A stretch of 64,000 bases of DNA, taken from contig OX597818.1 in assembly GCA_951406725.2 (NCBI GenBank), positions 38,254,001 to 38,318,000 of the forward strand, in the 5' to 3' direction. Both the position numbers and the translations under genes were made by a program. The notes beneath the pieces are model-generated. The model was not told where the DNA came from. It ran no database searches and saw nothing but the letters and a program-made list of their open reading frames with translations. Numbering within the stretch: position 1 is the first letter of the stretch; each line of letters starts with the position of its first letter. The stretch is from Octopus vulgaris. Its lineage: Eukaryota. Shown one piece after another: positions 1 to 13,339 of this stretch.

Positions 1-1122
1 TGCTTTGATCTCAATCTTAACACTTATCCAACATAAAATAATAAAGGAATGAGGTTAACGTTTATTTGGGAATCATGTTCTCGGTCACAACAGAAAAAAA
101 TTGTGTACTTGATTTTGTCAGGCCTTCCTTTTAAGCTCAAATGCCCAACGAAACTATTATTTTCAACTGCATATAACATATAAGGTCGAAAAAAGATAAT
201 AATAATAATAATAATAATAATAGTAAATAATAATAATAATAATAACCCAGGGTTTCAGGGTAGAATTTAACAGTTGTTAGAAGAAATGAGGCACATCATA
301 ATTCAGTGCACCATACATCGGTCATGTGAAAGTGGTTTACAATAATAAATACTTGGTTTACAATAATAAATAGTTGGTTTATAATAATAAATATTGGTGA
401 CAAGGCTGTCACCGATCTAAATTGTAACACGGGCAAAATAAAAAAATAGCTTACCTATGAAGAGCATGGCAAGTGGCAAACGCCATGCAAATAGTAAGGA
501 ATAGAAGAGATCTCATGTTTACAATCGGGTGAATCTCAAGCCAACTGACTGAAAGTAATAGCTGAACAATCAGTTTATATATGGACGGTCGCCCGGTAAC
601 CAGTATAAACCTATAACAATTACGCTCAGGAGATCAAGTTTCAAACCGGAAGAGGGTTGGTAAAGTGTCGTCTCAAGACTGAAATGAATTAAAGAAAAAA
701 GAAAAAAAAAGAATCTTAAAAAGTAAAAAGATGTAAAAGTAACGTGATTAAAAGATTTTAAAGTTACAAAGATCGTTCCGTTAGAGATAAAAAATATATA
801 TATATATATATATATATATGCCACTAATCTTTATTATTCATTTAATTATTTGTAAATTTTTATTTTTCAAAATGAAATAGATAATGATCTTAAATATAGA
901 GACAGAAAGAAAAAAAGATAATGATTATAAATATAGAGACAGAAAGAAAAAAAAGAAGAATTATTCAAATATAAGTAAATACATATTAGAAAGTATGTGT
1001 ATATATACATGTTAATATTTGCACACATAAAAGGCAGTTAGATATCAAAACCTGCAGAGACATAGGGTATTAATTAATAACATCCCTTCATGTTCTGATT
1101 TCAAACTATGCCTGAATCACTT

Positions 1123-1250
1123 TTGGACAGAGGTAAAGAATACGTACATGACCCGTTTTCGGCGTAACAAAAACCTTAACCTTAATTCTAACCTTAAACC
1201 CTAACCCTAACCCTAAACACCGGGTGTACGTATTCTTTACTTTCGCCCAA
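1123..1250. mobile_element. Small MITE-like hairpin enclosing telomere-like (CCCTAA/CCTTAA)n
   Basis: Inverted repeat gtaaagaatacgtaca (1133-1148) / tgtacgtattctttac (1225-1240) around CCTTAA/CCCTAA units. Confidence 0.55.
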
Positions 1251-1396
1251 TTTTGTTTCATATCACCTGGCTCAATGAAATATTGGATCCGACTACGTTT
1301 TTGGTCGAAGTTTGAAATGTCAGCATTATGTGTTCATACTCAATGTGTGTGTGTGTGTGTGTGTATGTGTAAATATATATAGATGTAGTATGAACA

Positions 1397-1530
1397 TGTG
1401 GTAAGTAGCTTGCTTACCAACCACATGGTTCCGGGTTCAGTCCCACTGTGTGGCACCTTGGGCAAGTGTTTTCTACTATAGCCTCGGACCGACCAAAGCC
1501 TTGTGAGTGGAAACTGAAAGAAGTCCGTCG

Positions 1531-1567
<37 letters not shown>

Positions 1568-1756
1568 ATGTATATGCTTGTGTGTCTGTGCTTGCCCCCC
1601 CCCCCCCCCCAACATCGCTTGACTTAGCTGTTCGGCAATAGAGACCGATAGAATAAGTACTAGGCCTACAAAGAATAAGTCGATTTGCTCGACTAAAGGT
1701 GGTGCTCCAGCATGGCCGCAGTCAAATGACTGAAACAAATAAAAGAATAAAAGAAA
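1397..1756 (+). mobile_element. tRNA-derived CORE-like SINE (family A)
   Basis: B-box-like ggttcagtccc, CORE-like ccttgggcaagtg, internal (TA)/(TG)n, 3' end gtcaaatgactgaaacaa; more than 10 copies in window. Confidence 0.85.
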
Positions 1757-1843
1757 ATATATATATATATATCGTTTGTAGAAAACATAAATCCGGAGAA
1801 GCACACTCTAAGATGTAGAGCAGTATATATTAAAAGTAGGGAA

Positions 1844-1925
1844 GGCCGGTTTATGGGATCACCCTGGGTTTCCTGTCCATAAAGGGTTTAGCTTTATGGC
1901 GATCGTCAGACAGCAAAACTTGTTC
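1844..1925 (-). ncRNA. Type I hammerhead ribozyme motif (GUG site, probably inactive)
   Basis: Minus strand: CUGACGA-ucg-CCAUAAAG/CUUUAUGG-acag-GAAA-cccaggg-UG-aucccauaaacc. Confidence 0.65.
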
Positions 1926-1966
1926 TAAGACCCCTTCAAAATATTAAGATATTTGAAGAGATTTTA

Positions 1967-2049
1967 GGCCAAGTTTTGGGGTCTGATGATACACCATAAA
2001 GCTGAACCCTTTACGGACGGGAAACCCATGGTAATCCCATAAACCGGCC
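1967..2049 (+). ncRNA. Type I hammerhead ribozyme motif
   Basis: Helix I uggggu/auccca, CUGAUGA (1983-1989), helix II CCAUAAAG/CUUUACGG, GAAA (2021-2024), helix III containing CCAUGG palindrome, GUA site. Confidence 0.8.
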
Positions 2050-2062
2050 TTATCTAACTTTG

Positions 2063-2114
<52 letters not shown>

Positions 2115-2214
2115 ATGTATGTGTGTGTATAGAATAAACATATATATTTGTGTGTGTGTTGTGGCCTATGCTAGGGGTGTAACCATTCCACTTATGTGTG
2201 CTTTTTCTTCGTGT

Positions 2215-2741
2215 GTGCAAATAATATTACGAACATAAACCCGAAGACATCATCGAAAATGATAATGCAAATATTCTTTGGGATTTTATGATTCGGTGCA
2301 ACCATGAGATAGAGAATAGGAAGCCAGACATAGTGTTAATTGAGAAAGAAAGCAAACGATGCTGGATCATAGATATAGCATGCCCAGCTTGACAACAAGG
2401 TATGCGTCAAGGAAGAAAGAAAAGTCGATAGATATGACAGGTTGGCGTGGAAGCTTAAGCAGTTGTGGTCGATGAAAAAAGGTGGTAGTAGTACCAATAA
2501 ATGTCGGAGCCCTGGGAACAGTGAGTAAAAATCTTGAGAATCATGGAACGAATAGGGGCTGCAATAAGGGTAGAACACTTGCAGAAAACGGTACGGCTTG
2601 GAACCACTCGAATACTCCGGATGGTGCTCGAAAAATAAGGAGTGTTTACCTTAGTTCACTGGTAGGGAACAGCTGACACTGTAGTACATCTCCAGCGTTA
2701 GAAGCTGTGCAAAGACAATTAATAATGATAATAATAATAAT
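2215..2741 (+). mobile_element. 3' fragment of R4/Dong-like non-LTR retrotransposon (restriction-like endonuclease)
   Basis: Translates ILWDF..RKPDIVLIEK..CWIIDIACP..K..RY..L..VVVVPINVGALG (PD-(D/E)xK RLE), frameshifted; (TAA)n tail. Confidence 0.8.
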
Positions 2742-3735
2742 TGACACAGCAATGAGGGCCTACGACATCGCTGATGCATGCGACCTCATCGGGTTGTATA
2801 TCCTTGATACCCTTAAGAAAAAATTCCCCTCTGTCCTCTTTGGTCTCTATAGAGATGACGCCCTGGCCATCTCTAGAGGAGCAAACGACCACACACTAGA
2901 CAAGCTTAGGAAAGATCTAATTAACACACTTGCCTCCAAGGGATTAAAAATCAACATTGAGACCAACCTCATCACTACGGACTTCCTAGATGTCACGCTC
3001 GACTTGGGCTCCGGTATATACAGGCCCTACCGCAAGCCATATGTGAGGCTAACTTACATCAACACAACTTCCTGTCACCCACCCATCGTGTTCAAAAACC
3101 TGGTGAAAGGTGTTAGTAAGAAGATCACGAACCTTTCCTTCAACCAAGAGATTTTTAATGCAGCAGCCCCCTACTATAACAAGGCCCTAGCTACTAGCGG
3201 ATTTAGGGACCACATCTCATACATGTCAGGCCCCATCATCCGTAGAAGGAAGCGCCACAGAAATATCATTTGGTCTCCCGCCCTCCGCTTCACTCATAAC
3301 GTAAAAACGTCTATAGGTAAGATATCATTTAAGTTAGTAGATAAACATTTCACTAGTTCACATAGATGCGGACGCATTTTTAACAGGCACAACGTTAGGG
3401 TCTCTTTTGGCTGTGTCCCCAATATTAAGAGCATTCTAGTTAGCACCCCTAGGCCACGAGCAGAGACAGGATGTCCATGCAGGGACCGCAACAGATGCTC
3501 AGTGAGGGGGGCCACTGCGAAACCAAGGGAATCGTCTACGAAGCCGTGTTACTCGTTGACCTTAGCAGTAACAGCATCAATTGCTCCCCTAACGGCGACC
3601 ACAGTAGCAAGGACGTCAGTACCAATAGTAACAGCAGCAGCAACGCGAACAGAACCAACAGCACCATCGCCAGCGATAACAGCAATAACAACCAGCAATG
3701 ACAGTATCCCTAACAACAGTAGCAGCAACAGCAGT

Positions 3736-4092
3736 GGAGGCGCAATGGCCCAGTGGTTAGGGTAGCGGACTCGTGGTCGGAGGATCGCGGTTTCGATTCC
3801 CAGACCGGGCGTTGTGTGTGTTTATTGAGCGAAAACTCCTAAAGCTCCACGAGGCTCCGGCAGGGGGTGGTGGCGACCCCTGTTGTACTCTTTCACTCCA
3901 ACTTTCTCTCACTCTTTCTTCCTGATTCTTGTCCCCGACTTCCTACGCAACCGCTGAGCCTGGATGCGCATTCATCCATCCGTCGATGCTCTCGGTGTCG
4001 GGGGTTGACCTGCTTTCTCTTCTGCGGGTCTTGCGAATAGCAAAGGACTAAAGTTTCGGACTTCTCCCATCTGGGACGAAGACCGTTCGCTC
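3736..4092 (+). mobile_element. tRNA-derived SINE (family C) inserted in CAG/CAA repeat of the PLE
   Basis: A box tggcccagtgg, B box gtttcgattcc; flanked by cagcaacagcag on both sides. Confidence 0.85.
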
Positions 4093-4917
4093 AACAGCAA
4101 CAGCAGCAATAGCAGCTTCCTTAACGGCTACGGCTACAGCAGCGGCAGTACCATCGCCAGCGATAACAACAATAATAGCGACGACAGCATCGCCAATAGC
4201 AGCAGATATTGCCAATGACATCTACTACAGCAATCACAGCGCTTCTATCAATGGTGATGGCCATAATAACAACAACGGCACCTTGACTAATACCAACACC
4301 ATCACCACTTCCAATGACACCAACACCAGCAGCACCAGCACCAACTGCTCCAGTTCCAGCAACAGCGGTGGCATCGATGCCAACACCAACAGATACACCA
4401 CTGCCAGCACCCGACCACAGAGTTACATCGGCTGTTCCGGGAACTCGTTCAAACATTACCTCTCCAACCACAGATCCTCCTTCAGGATACCGGAAAAGAG
4501 AGTCATCATGTCATTAGCAAGCCGTGTATGGCAGCTGATAGACGACGGGATTCCATACACAATATCATGGAAAATCCTAGAAAATCCAGGCCCCTACATT
4601 AACGGGACTAATCGCTGTAAATTATGCATAGTGGAACGAGCTAGGATCCTAAAGGACTCTCTCGACCCAGGGAACATCTTGAACTCCAGAACAGAGATCT
4701 TCGGACCATGATTACATTTCAGGAAATTCCTGCCAGCCTATTGGAACCAACGGGATAACGGTGTGACCAACAATCGATAGCCAAAGGGGTACAATCCTCT
4801 TTGTTGACATCGGTGATCGATAACAAAGGGGAGACAATCCCCTTTGTTGGCATTGAGTAACAGTGTTTCTTTCTTCTTCTATATTCTAGAAAGACGATTC
4901 GCTAAAAAGACCTTTAG

Positions 4918-4999
4918 CCAAAGGTTTTAGGATCTGATGATACACCATAAAGCTAAGCCCTTTATGGACGTGAAACCTAAGATGGTACCATAACCGGCC
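4918..4999 (+). ncRNA. Hammerhead ribozyme motif in PLE 3' pLTR
   Basis: CUGAUGA 4934-4940, helix II CCAUAAAG/CUUUAUGG, GAAA 4972-4975, ACC-uaagau-GGU-A; helix I 3' arm partly deleted. Confidence 0.75.
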
Positions 5000-5053
5000 T
5001 TATCTAACTTTGATATAAGGGTGTGTGTGTGTGTGTGTGTGCGTGTGCGCGCG

Positions 5054-6894
<1,841 letters not shown>

Positions 6895-7192
6895 TGAGAT
6901 TATGATAATTTTTTGACCAATGGATGTAAGGAAGACAGTCAATTGCTGAAAGTTACTTTGCAAAGAGTTACCTCCCCTCTCTACGTAACCCAAGAACGGG
7001 TGTTTTCAGCCGCCAGAGGAACCCATTACACATTATATGAAACATTTTAAGACTCTAAAACCATCCCTGGAAGACAAGTAATGTATGTTCCCAGTTTGGA
7101 GAAAATAAGTTGAAAATGTTGGTCCTGTAAGGATTTGAACCTTAAGTGCAAGATATTCAGTTAGGGATCACGAGGAAACTACCACAGTTTCA

Positions 7193-7755
7193 TGTAATAA
7201 CTAGTGTAGCTAGAATGTGTGCCACCCGGGATGGCCCTTCAACTATTCACCCCCGGTCCCTCACAAAAAATACATATTGCTAACAGCAAACCTAGAAATA
7301 GTGGCACTCCCATAACAGTGCCGCCCCCTCCGTCCTCCTTTAGCTACACAAGTGCACGAAATTGATCTATAAATCGATAAATCAACGTAAAACAGTGACA
7401 TGATATGACTCCTCGGATGATCAAAAATTCGCCTGTCTTTCACCCTAAAAAAACCGTTTGGCGCTTAACTCAGCCATACAGCCTAAGCAGATTGTTAAAA
7501 CCTGATGGCCTCGGACATTCGCGTAAATCACCTTGGGCACTCACAGAAGGCAAACCACTAGGACCAGACCATCTAGGGCACTCGGACAGATCATCCCGAA
7601 CAAGAGACAACTTCGGACACCCACACACAATGTACCACAGCTAGCGTTCTACAAGACACAGTCTAGTTCTCTCCTTCCAATCAGCGGTTATATTATCAGT
7701 AAATAAATATGTTGAAAGTTAAAAGTTCGTGAGTTGCATTGTGAGCACTTCGACA
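7193..7755 (+). mobile_element. Possible solo LTR
   Basis: TG...ACA ends, TATA-like ctataaat near 7367, AATAAA near 7702, near-TSD tttca/tttga. Confidence 0.35.
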
Positions 7756-7946
7756 TTTGATGCACGTTTATAGCTCTTGTTCATTAATATTATGGAACCA
7801 CTCTCTTTTGAATTGTATATACCTATTACACGTAGCAAGCTAGACCACTATAGTTGGATAGGTTGTATTCCATCTAATGTAGCTCTACTCAGAAGGCTGT
7901 AATATCATTTGACAGGAACACGATATAAAGAAATACCATGGAAATT

Positions 7947-8287
7947 ATTCAAATTCCGCCCAGGTCGACTTTGCCTTTCATCCTTTCGGGGTCGATTAAA
8001 TAAGTACCAGTTACGCACTGGGGTCGATAAAATCGACTTAATCCGTTTGTCTGTCCTTGTTTGTCCTCTCTGTGTGTAGCCCCTTGTGGGCAGTAAAGAA
8101 ATAGGTATTTCGTCTGCCGCTACGTTCTGAGTTCAAATTCCGCCCAGGTCGACTTTGCCTTTCATCCTTTCGGGGTCGATAAATTAAGTTCCAGTTACGC
8201 ACTGGGATCGACATAATCGACTTAATCCGTTTGTCTGTCCTTGTTGTCCCCTCTGTGTGTAGCCCCTTGTGGGCAGTAAAGAAATAA
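7947..8287 (+). mobile_element. SINE family B, tandem dimer (5' truncated)
   Basis: Two copies of gtcgactttgcctttcatcctttcggggtcga...gccccttgtgggcagtaaagaaata. Confidence 0.85.
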
Positions 8288-8764
8288 GAAGGCTAAGATT
8301 CATCGCTACCTTAAAATACTTCTGAGCAACTCGACATTTTTAGTTCTTGTTCATCAATATTGTGGAACCACTCTCTCCTGAATTGTATGCACTTATTAAC
8401 CTGCATTGACCGAAATTTCTGGCGGAATTTAATGTTAAGGCTCTCGTTCAACATTGGATAGCACATTATGGCACGCCTGCTACTATCACAAGGACTGGAG
8501 ACACCAGATCGAATCTTAGCCCTTTAACAAACTGACAGGTTTTCTTGGCTGTAAACGAATGCGTGCGATTATTTATCATCCTGCAGCTAGCGGCATGAAT
8601 GGGCGATTCCACTGCCTTCATTTCTCTTGGAATTCGTTCCACCGTCAAAGAAGGAATATGTTACTTGTCAGCTGAACTATTCTATAGCACTACATTGACA
8701 TTGCCAGTTAAGTTGGTAGTTAATTTTTTCCGACTTCTTGAAGATCGGCTACTTTATATATGTA

Positions 8765-9153
8765 CAAGCAGTATCGCCCGGCGTTGCTCGGGTTTCTTTC
8801 GATCCTTTAGAATTGGAATTTTTGAAAAGTAAAAATTTTGCATTATGTAGCTTGTTATTCTCTTTAAGTGAACATTTTTCTGGTTTAAATACACCGAAAA
8901 ATGGCGACACAGCAGTCGAAAAATCGTAAAAAATACGGATTTTCATAGAAAAAAAGCACCTTTTTAATGTAAATAATTTTTGGTGTTAACATGGTCCGAT
9001 TTGAATTTTTTTCTTCTGCGGAAGGAAGAGCAAGCCTTCTTCTATCATACTCTCAATTTTGGTCAACTTGGGCCGCAGGGTCTCGGAGGAGATAGTGTTA
9101 GTTGAAGGCTACCAAACCTGCCATACACAGACAACTTCAGCTTTATATATAGA
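8765..9153 (-). mobile_element. Non-autonomous Helitron
   Basis: Minus 5' TCTATATATAAAG; 3' hairpin cccgagcaacgccggg followed by ctgcttg|t. Confidence 0.75.
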
Positions 9154-10786
9154 GAGAGAGAGATGTGTGCGCACGCGCGTGTGTACTAAGCATAAACCAC
9201 TAACACGTACCCTTTTTAAGTTCGATCAACACTCTCCATGAGAAACTGGCCATCTGGATTTCATTTCTCATTACACGAGTGATATATGTTATATGAAAGA
9301 TAGAGATAACATCGCAACTAGTGTTCATATCAATGTACGACATGCCCTACCTCTGTGGAACATTATCGCCGCAAACCAGAAAGACGACTAAAGCTGTTCG
9401 AAATTTATCATCTCCATTTTGATTTCTTTCTTTTTATCTGCTGGTTCTATTTGGAAGGATATCACCAATGAACAACAACATCCATATGTTCTACAAAAAT
9501 ATAAACGCTGACCTGTTTTGTTTTGCTTTGTTTTTTTAATTACATTGCTTATCACACCCTAGCAGTACCTCTTCGCTGAAGTTGATACCAGCTCGATTAA
9601 TTTGAAAAGCATTCGCGAGTCGGCCAGGAGCTGCATCGACTTCCAGAAAACGAAATAATAGTTTCATGTGAAATCAGTCTCCAGTACATTTGAGATCGTG
9701 TATATTTCATCAACATCGTTGCACCTTTTCTACTTTGTCAAGGATATTCTTATCTTCTTAAACGTATCGACCTGGAGCAAGCAATTCCACTCAGCGAAAT
9801 CACTGCTGAAGCCATAACTAAAACATTTGTCCATCAATAGATTTCCAGGTTCGGTACATCAGTTACTATTACTATGGTTAAGGAAAACAATTTGCATTAC
9901 AACTAATGGAATTAGTCGTCACCTCAAGGTATATTTAATTATCAAGCAGGCCCGATCCGACGGTACGAATATTTGTCTCTTGTTCTCTTAGGAATTTGCT
10001 CAACATTAAGAGAAGGAATTGACTGTACAACAGTTGAGTTTTATATGGCACATCCATCAAGCCAGGAGGCTAAATGGTCACACCTAAGCGACCGACGTGA
10101 ATACCAAACCCGTCCTAGTAAGGCCATTGTTTTCGTGAACATGTAGTTGCCTTTCGATCGTAACATAAACTAATTACTGCTTCGCAGCTTCATCTGACTA
10201 GTTAAGGACAGAATCTCTACAATCACCTTAACCTGATGCTTATAAAGAATGTCAAACACCCAAGTATGTCACCATCAAATGGAACAGTGAATCTGTTACC
10301 GTAAATCGAGTGAAACCAACTTTATTTGGACGATAGCCAAAAAATCTCATCATACATAAAGGGTAAAGGATAAAGACTCCTTTTGGTCACGAATGACCAT
10401 TGGGTCGCACCTAGAAAAGTTACCCTCCGAAGCACGAATTCGGGCAAGGTTGTTTATGGAAGACCAGCAGTTGCTCATGCATACCACACATACATATATA
10501 CAATCTAGTACGTGCGTGCGTACGTACGTACGTACATTAACACAAGGAATATTGGTGAAACATTCCCATTAAAACATGTCACGTGTAACCATAACAGGGC
10601 AGATATTATCGTCTGTGACAGACAAGAAAAGTATGTACTGTTATAGAGGTCAGCTGCCCTGCTGATGCGATAGCTCTTTGAAAGACTATAACTGTGGACA
10701 ACGTACATATATACATACACACGCGCGCACGTACGTACGTACATACATACATACATACATACATACATACATACATACATACATTA

Positions 10787-11316
10787 TGTTACGACGAAGA
10801 ACACTGATATCTATTGAGATTTTTGATAAACAAAATATTTATTGGTTGTATATTTAATATCTCTGAAAATATTTATTCTTTTCGTACGTAAACGGAGAAA
10901 TGTATGGTCGTTGCTACGAACGACAAAACATCCATAGAGTTTGACGATAGCTGTTCTTGGATTGGTGTGTTGTAGAACAGTCAAAATGTGATTAGCTGCT
11001 GGTCATGCCACCGTCTTCTAATGTCTCTCTTTCGCCACCTGTTCATTGCTTTAGCTGTTATCTGCTTGGGTCAGCTGCTGTCCACCGTCCCTTCGTTGTC
11101 TGACTGCCGTCTCGTCTCTTCGTAGTAGTTAAGGTGCGCTGAGTAACATGGTGAAAGTTAGATGCAGAAAGAAACGTGCCAAAAGAAGAAATTGTTGCTG
11201 GAGCCGGTTCCAGGCGAAGTCTTGATTGGTCAAGGTTTTTTTCTATGACATGGGTAATATTCTAGCGAATCGCGACACCGGATATAGTGATCTGGTTGCT
11301 AAATATTCCCATTACA
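10787..11316. mobile_element. Possible solo LTR inserted in (CATA)n
   Basis: TGT...ACA termini, unique sequence splitting a (TACA)n array, minus-strand AATAAA near 10838. Confidence 0.35.
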
Positions 11317-11823
11317 CATACATACATACATACATACATACATACATACATACATACATACATACATACATACATACATACATGCATGCATGCATGCATG
11401 CATACATGCATACATACTTACATACATGCATGCATACGTACATACATGCATACATACATACATACATGCATGCATACATACATACATACACACATACATA
11501 CATACACACACACATACATACATACATACATACACACATACATACATACATACATACATACATACACACACACACATACATCATACATACATACATACAT
11601 ACATACATACATACATACATACATACATACATACATACATACATACATACATACATACATGCATACATACATACACACATACACACATACATACATACAT
11701 ACATACATACATACATACATACATACATACATGCATGCATGCATGCATGCATGCATACATACATACATACATACATACATACATACATACATACATACAT
11801 ACATACATACATACATACATACA

Positions 11824-11855
<32 letters not shown>

Positions 11856-11930
11856 CATACATACATACATACATACATACACACACACACATACATACAT
11901 ACATACATACATACATACATACATACATAC
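11312..11930. repeat. (CATA)n tetranucleotide microsatellite
   Basis: About 620 bp of CATA/CATG/CA units. Confidence 0.98.
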
Positions 11931-12328
11931 GCTTATCGTCACAGCTGAAAGTTGGCAGACTTAGAGAGGATCATTAATCATCACTGCCAATTGCAGTCAC
12001 GTGACGCAACTGTATACTCCTCCAGAGACCACCATCGTCCTCTCCTTGATGTCATCGCTTCACTTTTCATCTTATTTGCCCTCAAGCCCATTTTTTCACC
12101 CAGGCGCCCACTCCCAGCGGTTCTGAGCCGAGATAATGTAGTCAAATTATTGCGGTTTTCACTGTCTGACTATTGCTACCAACTTTCACTCCACTCCCAG
12201 CTCCTCCAGGACTGCATTGTTCATTCTACGAGTCCAAAAATATATAACTATATAACACGAAACCCGTTTCTTTTTATGACTTACGAAAACTTATTATTAT
12301 TTAATTGAACGCGATGCATCCATTTCCA

Positions 12329-12379
<51 letters not shown>

Positions 12380-12381
<2 letters not shown>

Positions 12382-12617
12382 AATTAGAGACAAAACCACT
12401 ATTATGCAAATCAAACAAAGAAAGACTTAAGCCAATACATAAAATATAAAATAATTTATATAAATTAAAATTTAACAAATGAATAACCACTACGATCGTA
12501 GTGATTTGCATAATAGTGGCTTTGTCTCTAATTTATTATAATATAATATTTTATTATAAAATTGGATTCAATCTTAAATCTGATTTTTCCTTGTAAATTT
12601 GGATTTATTCCCTAATA

Positions 12618-12621
<4 letters not shown>
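12380..12621. mobile_element. PLE 3'-end fold-back insertion in (TA)n (family of the 24318-25845 element)
   Basis: Minus arm 12380-12500 matches 25703-25840; plus arm carries tail ...tgatttttccttgtaaatttggatttattccctaatattt. Confidence 0.85.
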
Positions 12622-12660
<39 letters not shown>

Positions 12661-12786
12661 CGGGCAATTTAAGCTGGCCATGTGCATACGTGCATATATA
12701 TGTATATATGAGCGTTCGTATATGTAAGTATAACGTATGTTCTGTATATATATATATATATCTGTATTTATGTGCTTATCTGGTAT

Positions 12787-12845
12787 ATTCAACTGAAGAA
12801 GGCAAAGCTTCTCTGATGCAAAGTCAGAAATCCAGGATCTTGAAT
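12787..12845 (+). ncRNA. Type I hammerhead ribozyme motif at start of a pLTR-like repeat (to about 13150; homolog at 16920-17090 minus)
   Basis: Helix I auucaa/uugaau, CUGAAGA 12793-12799, GAAA 12827-12830, helix III AUCC-a-GGAU, AUC site. Confidence 0.75.
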
Positions 12846-13147
12846 TATCCAGAAAAATCTTTTGTATGTATATTGTTATAATTGTCCTTTTAGTAAATAA
12901 ATAAATTGACATAATATAATGTCTAAAAATTGATGAATACCACCTATTGGTCCCCTCCATTTTCTTATTGCTGTATAAATTAATGGTAAAATAACTCTTT
13001 ACCCTCACCCATTTATTACACTCGGTAATGTAATTGCCATGCAATAAAAAACACTTGTGTATTAATAATTGGGTATTCTACCAGCAGTATAGTGGATAGA
13101 TATTATCCCTTAGTTGGTTGGATTCACAACCTCTAACTGTCTTGGAA

Positions 13148-13191
<44 letters not shown>

Positions 13192-13231
13192 AAGAGAAAA
13201 AAAACCTTTGTTGCAGCGCACCTAATCAGTG

Positions 13232-13336
13232 TTCATCTAGCAACAGGACCTCCGTAATGCTATGATGGACCGTGAAGTCTGTCGTAGCATAGTAAATTCC
13301 ATTGTCTCGACCACGGTTGAACAATGATGATGATGA
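13232..13336 (+). mobile_element. 3' end of RTE-like LINE (same as 37093-37450)
   Basis: cagcaacaggacctccg..gaccacggttgaacaatgatgatg matches the reverse complement of 37095-37195. Confidence 0.75.
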
Positions 13337-13339
13337 GTG

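Larger units (their letters stand above)
1772..2063. mobile_element. Penelope pLTR inverted (fold-back) pair with two HHRs
   Basis: Minus copy 1772-1930 (with tail) and plus copy 1960-2063, both homologous to the PLE 3' end at 4915-5013. Confidence 0.8.
2742..5013 (+). mobile_element. 5'-truncated Penelope-like retroelement (RT + Cys linker + GIY-YIG + 3' HHR)
   Basis: GLYRDDAL, FLDVTLDL, YRPYRKP, SCHPP, RNIIW, CPCR..C, GIVY..SYIG, CKLC..E..LNSRTE; frameshift near 3505; SINE insertion. Confidence 0.93.

Noticed and set aside
1180-1216. Telomere or chromosome end
   Set aside because: Only a few units, enclosed by inverted repeats
3736-3812. tRNA-like sequences (also heads of SINE families A and B)
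   Set aside because: Continue into SINE bodies in multiple copies; not standalone tRNA genes
7947-8287. CRISPR-like repeat/spacer pattern
   Set aside because: Eukaryotic SINE dimer; no unique spacers or cas genes
9250-10360. Complex non-repetitive stretch as a possible exon or TE
   Set aside because: No long ORF, splice pattern or recognisable motif found by eye
11226-11977. Long ORFs of HTYI/MYVC repeats (also YI-, CV-, poly-F ORFs at 23167, 42236, 52931, 54176)
   Set aside because: Artefacts of stop-free microsatellites
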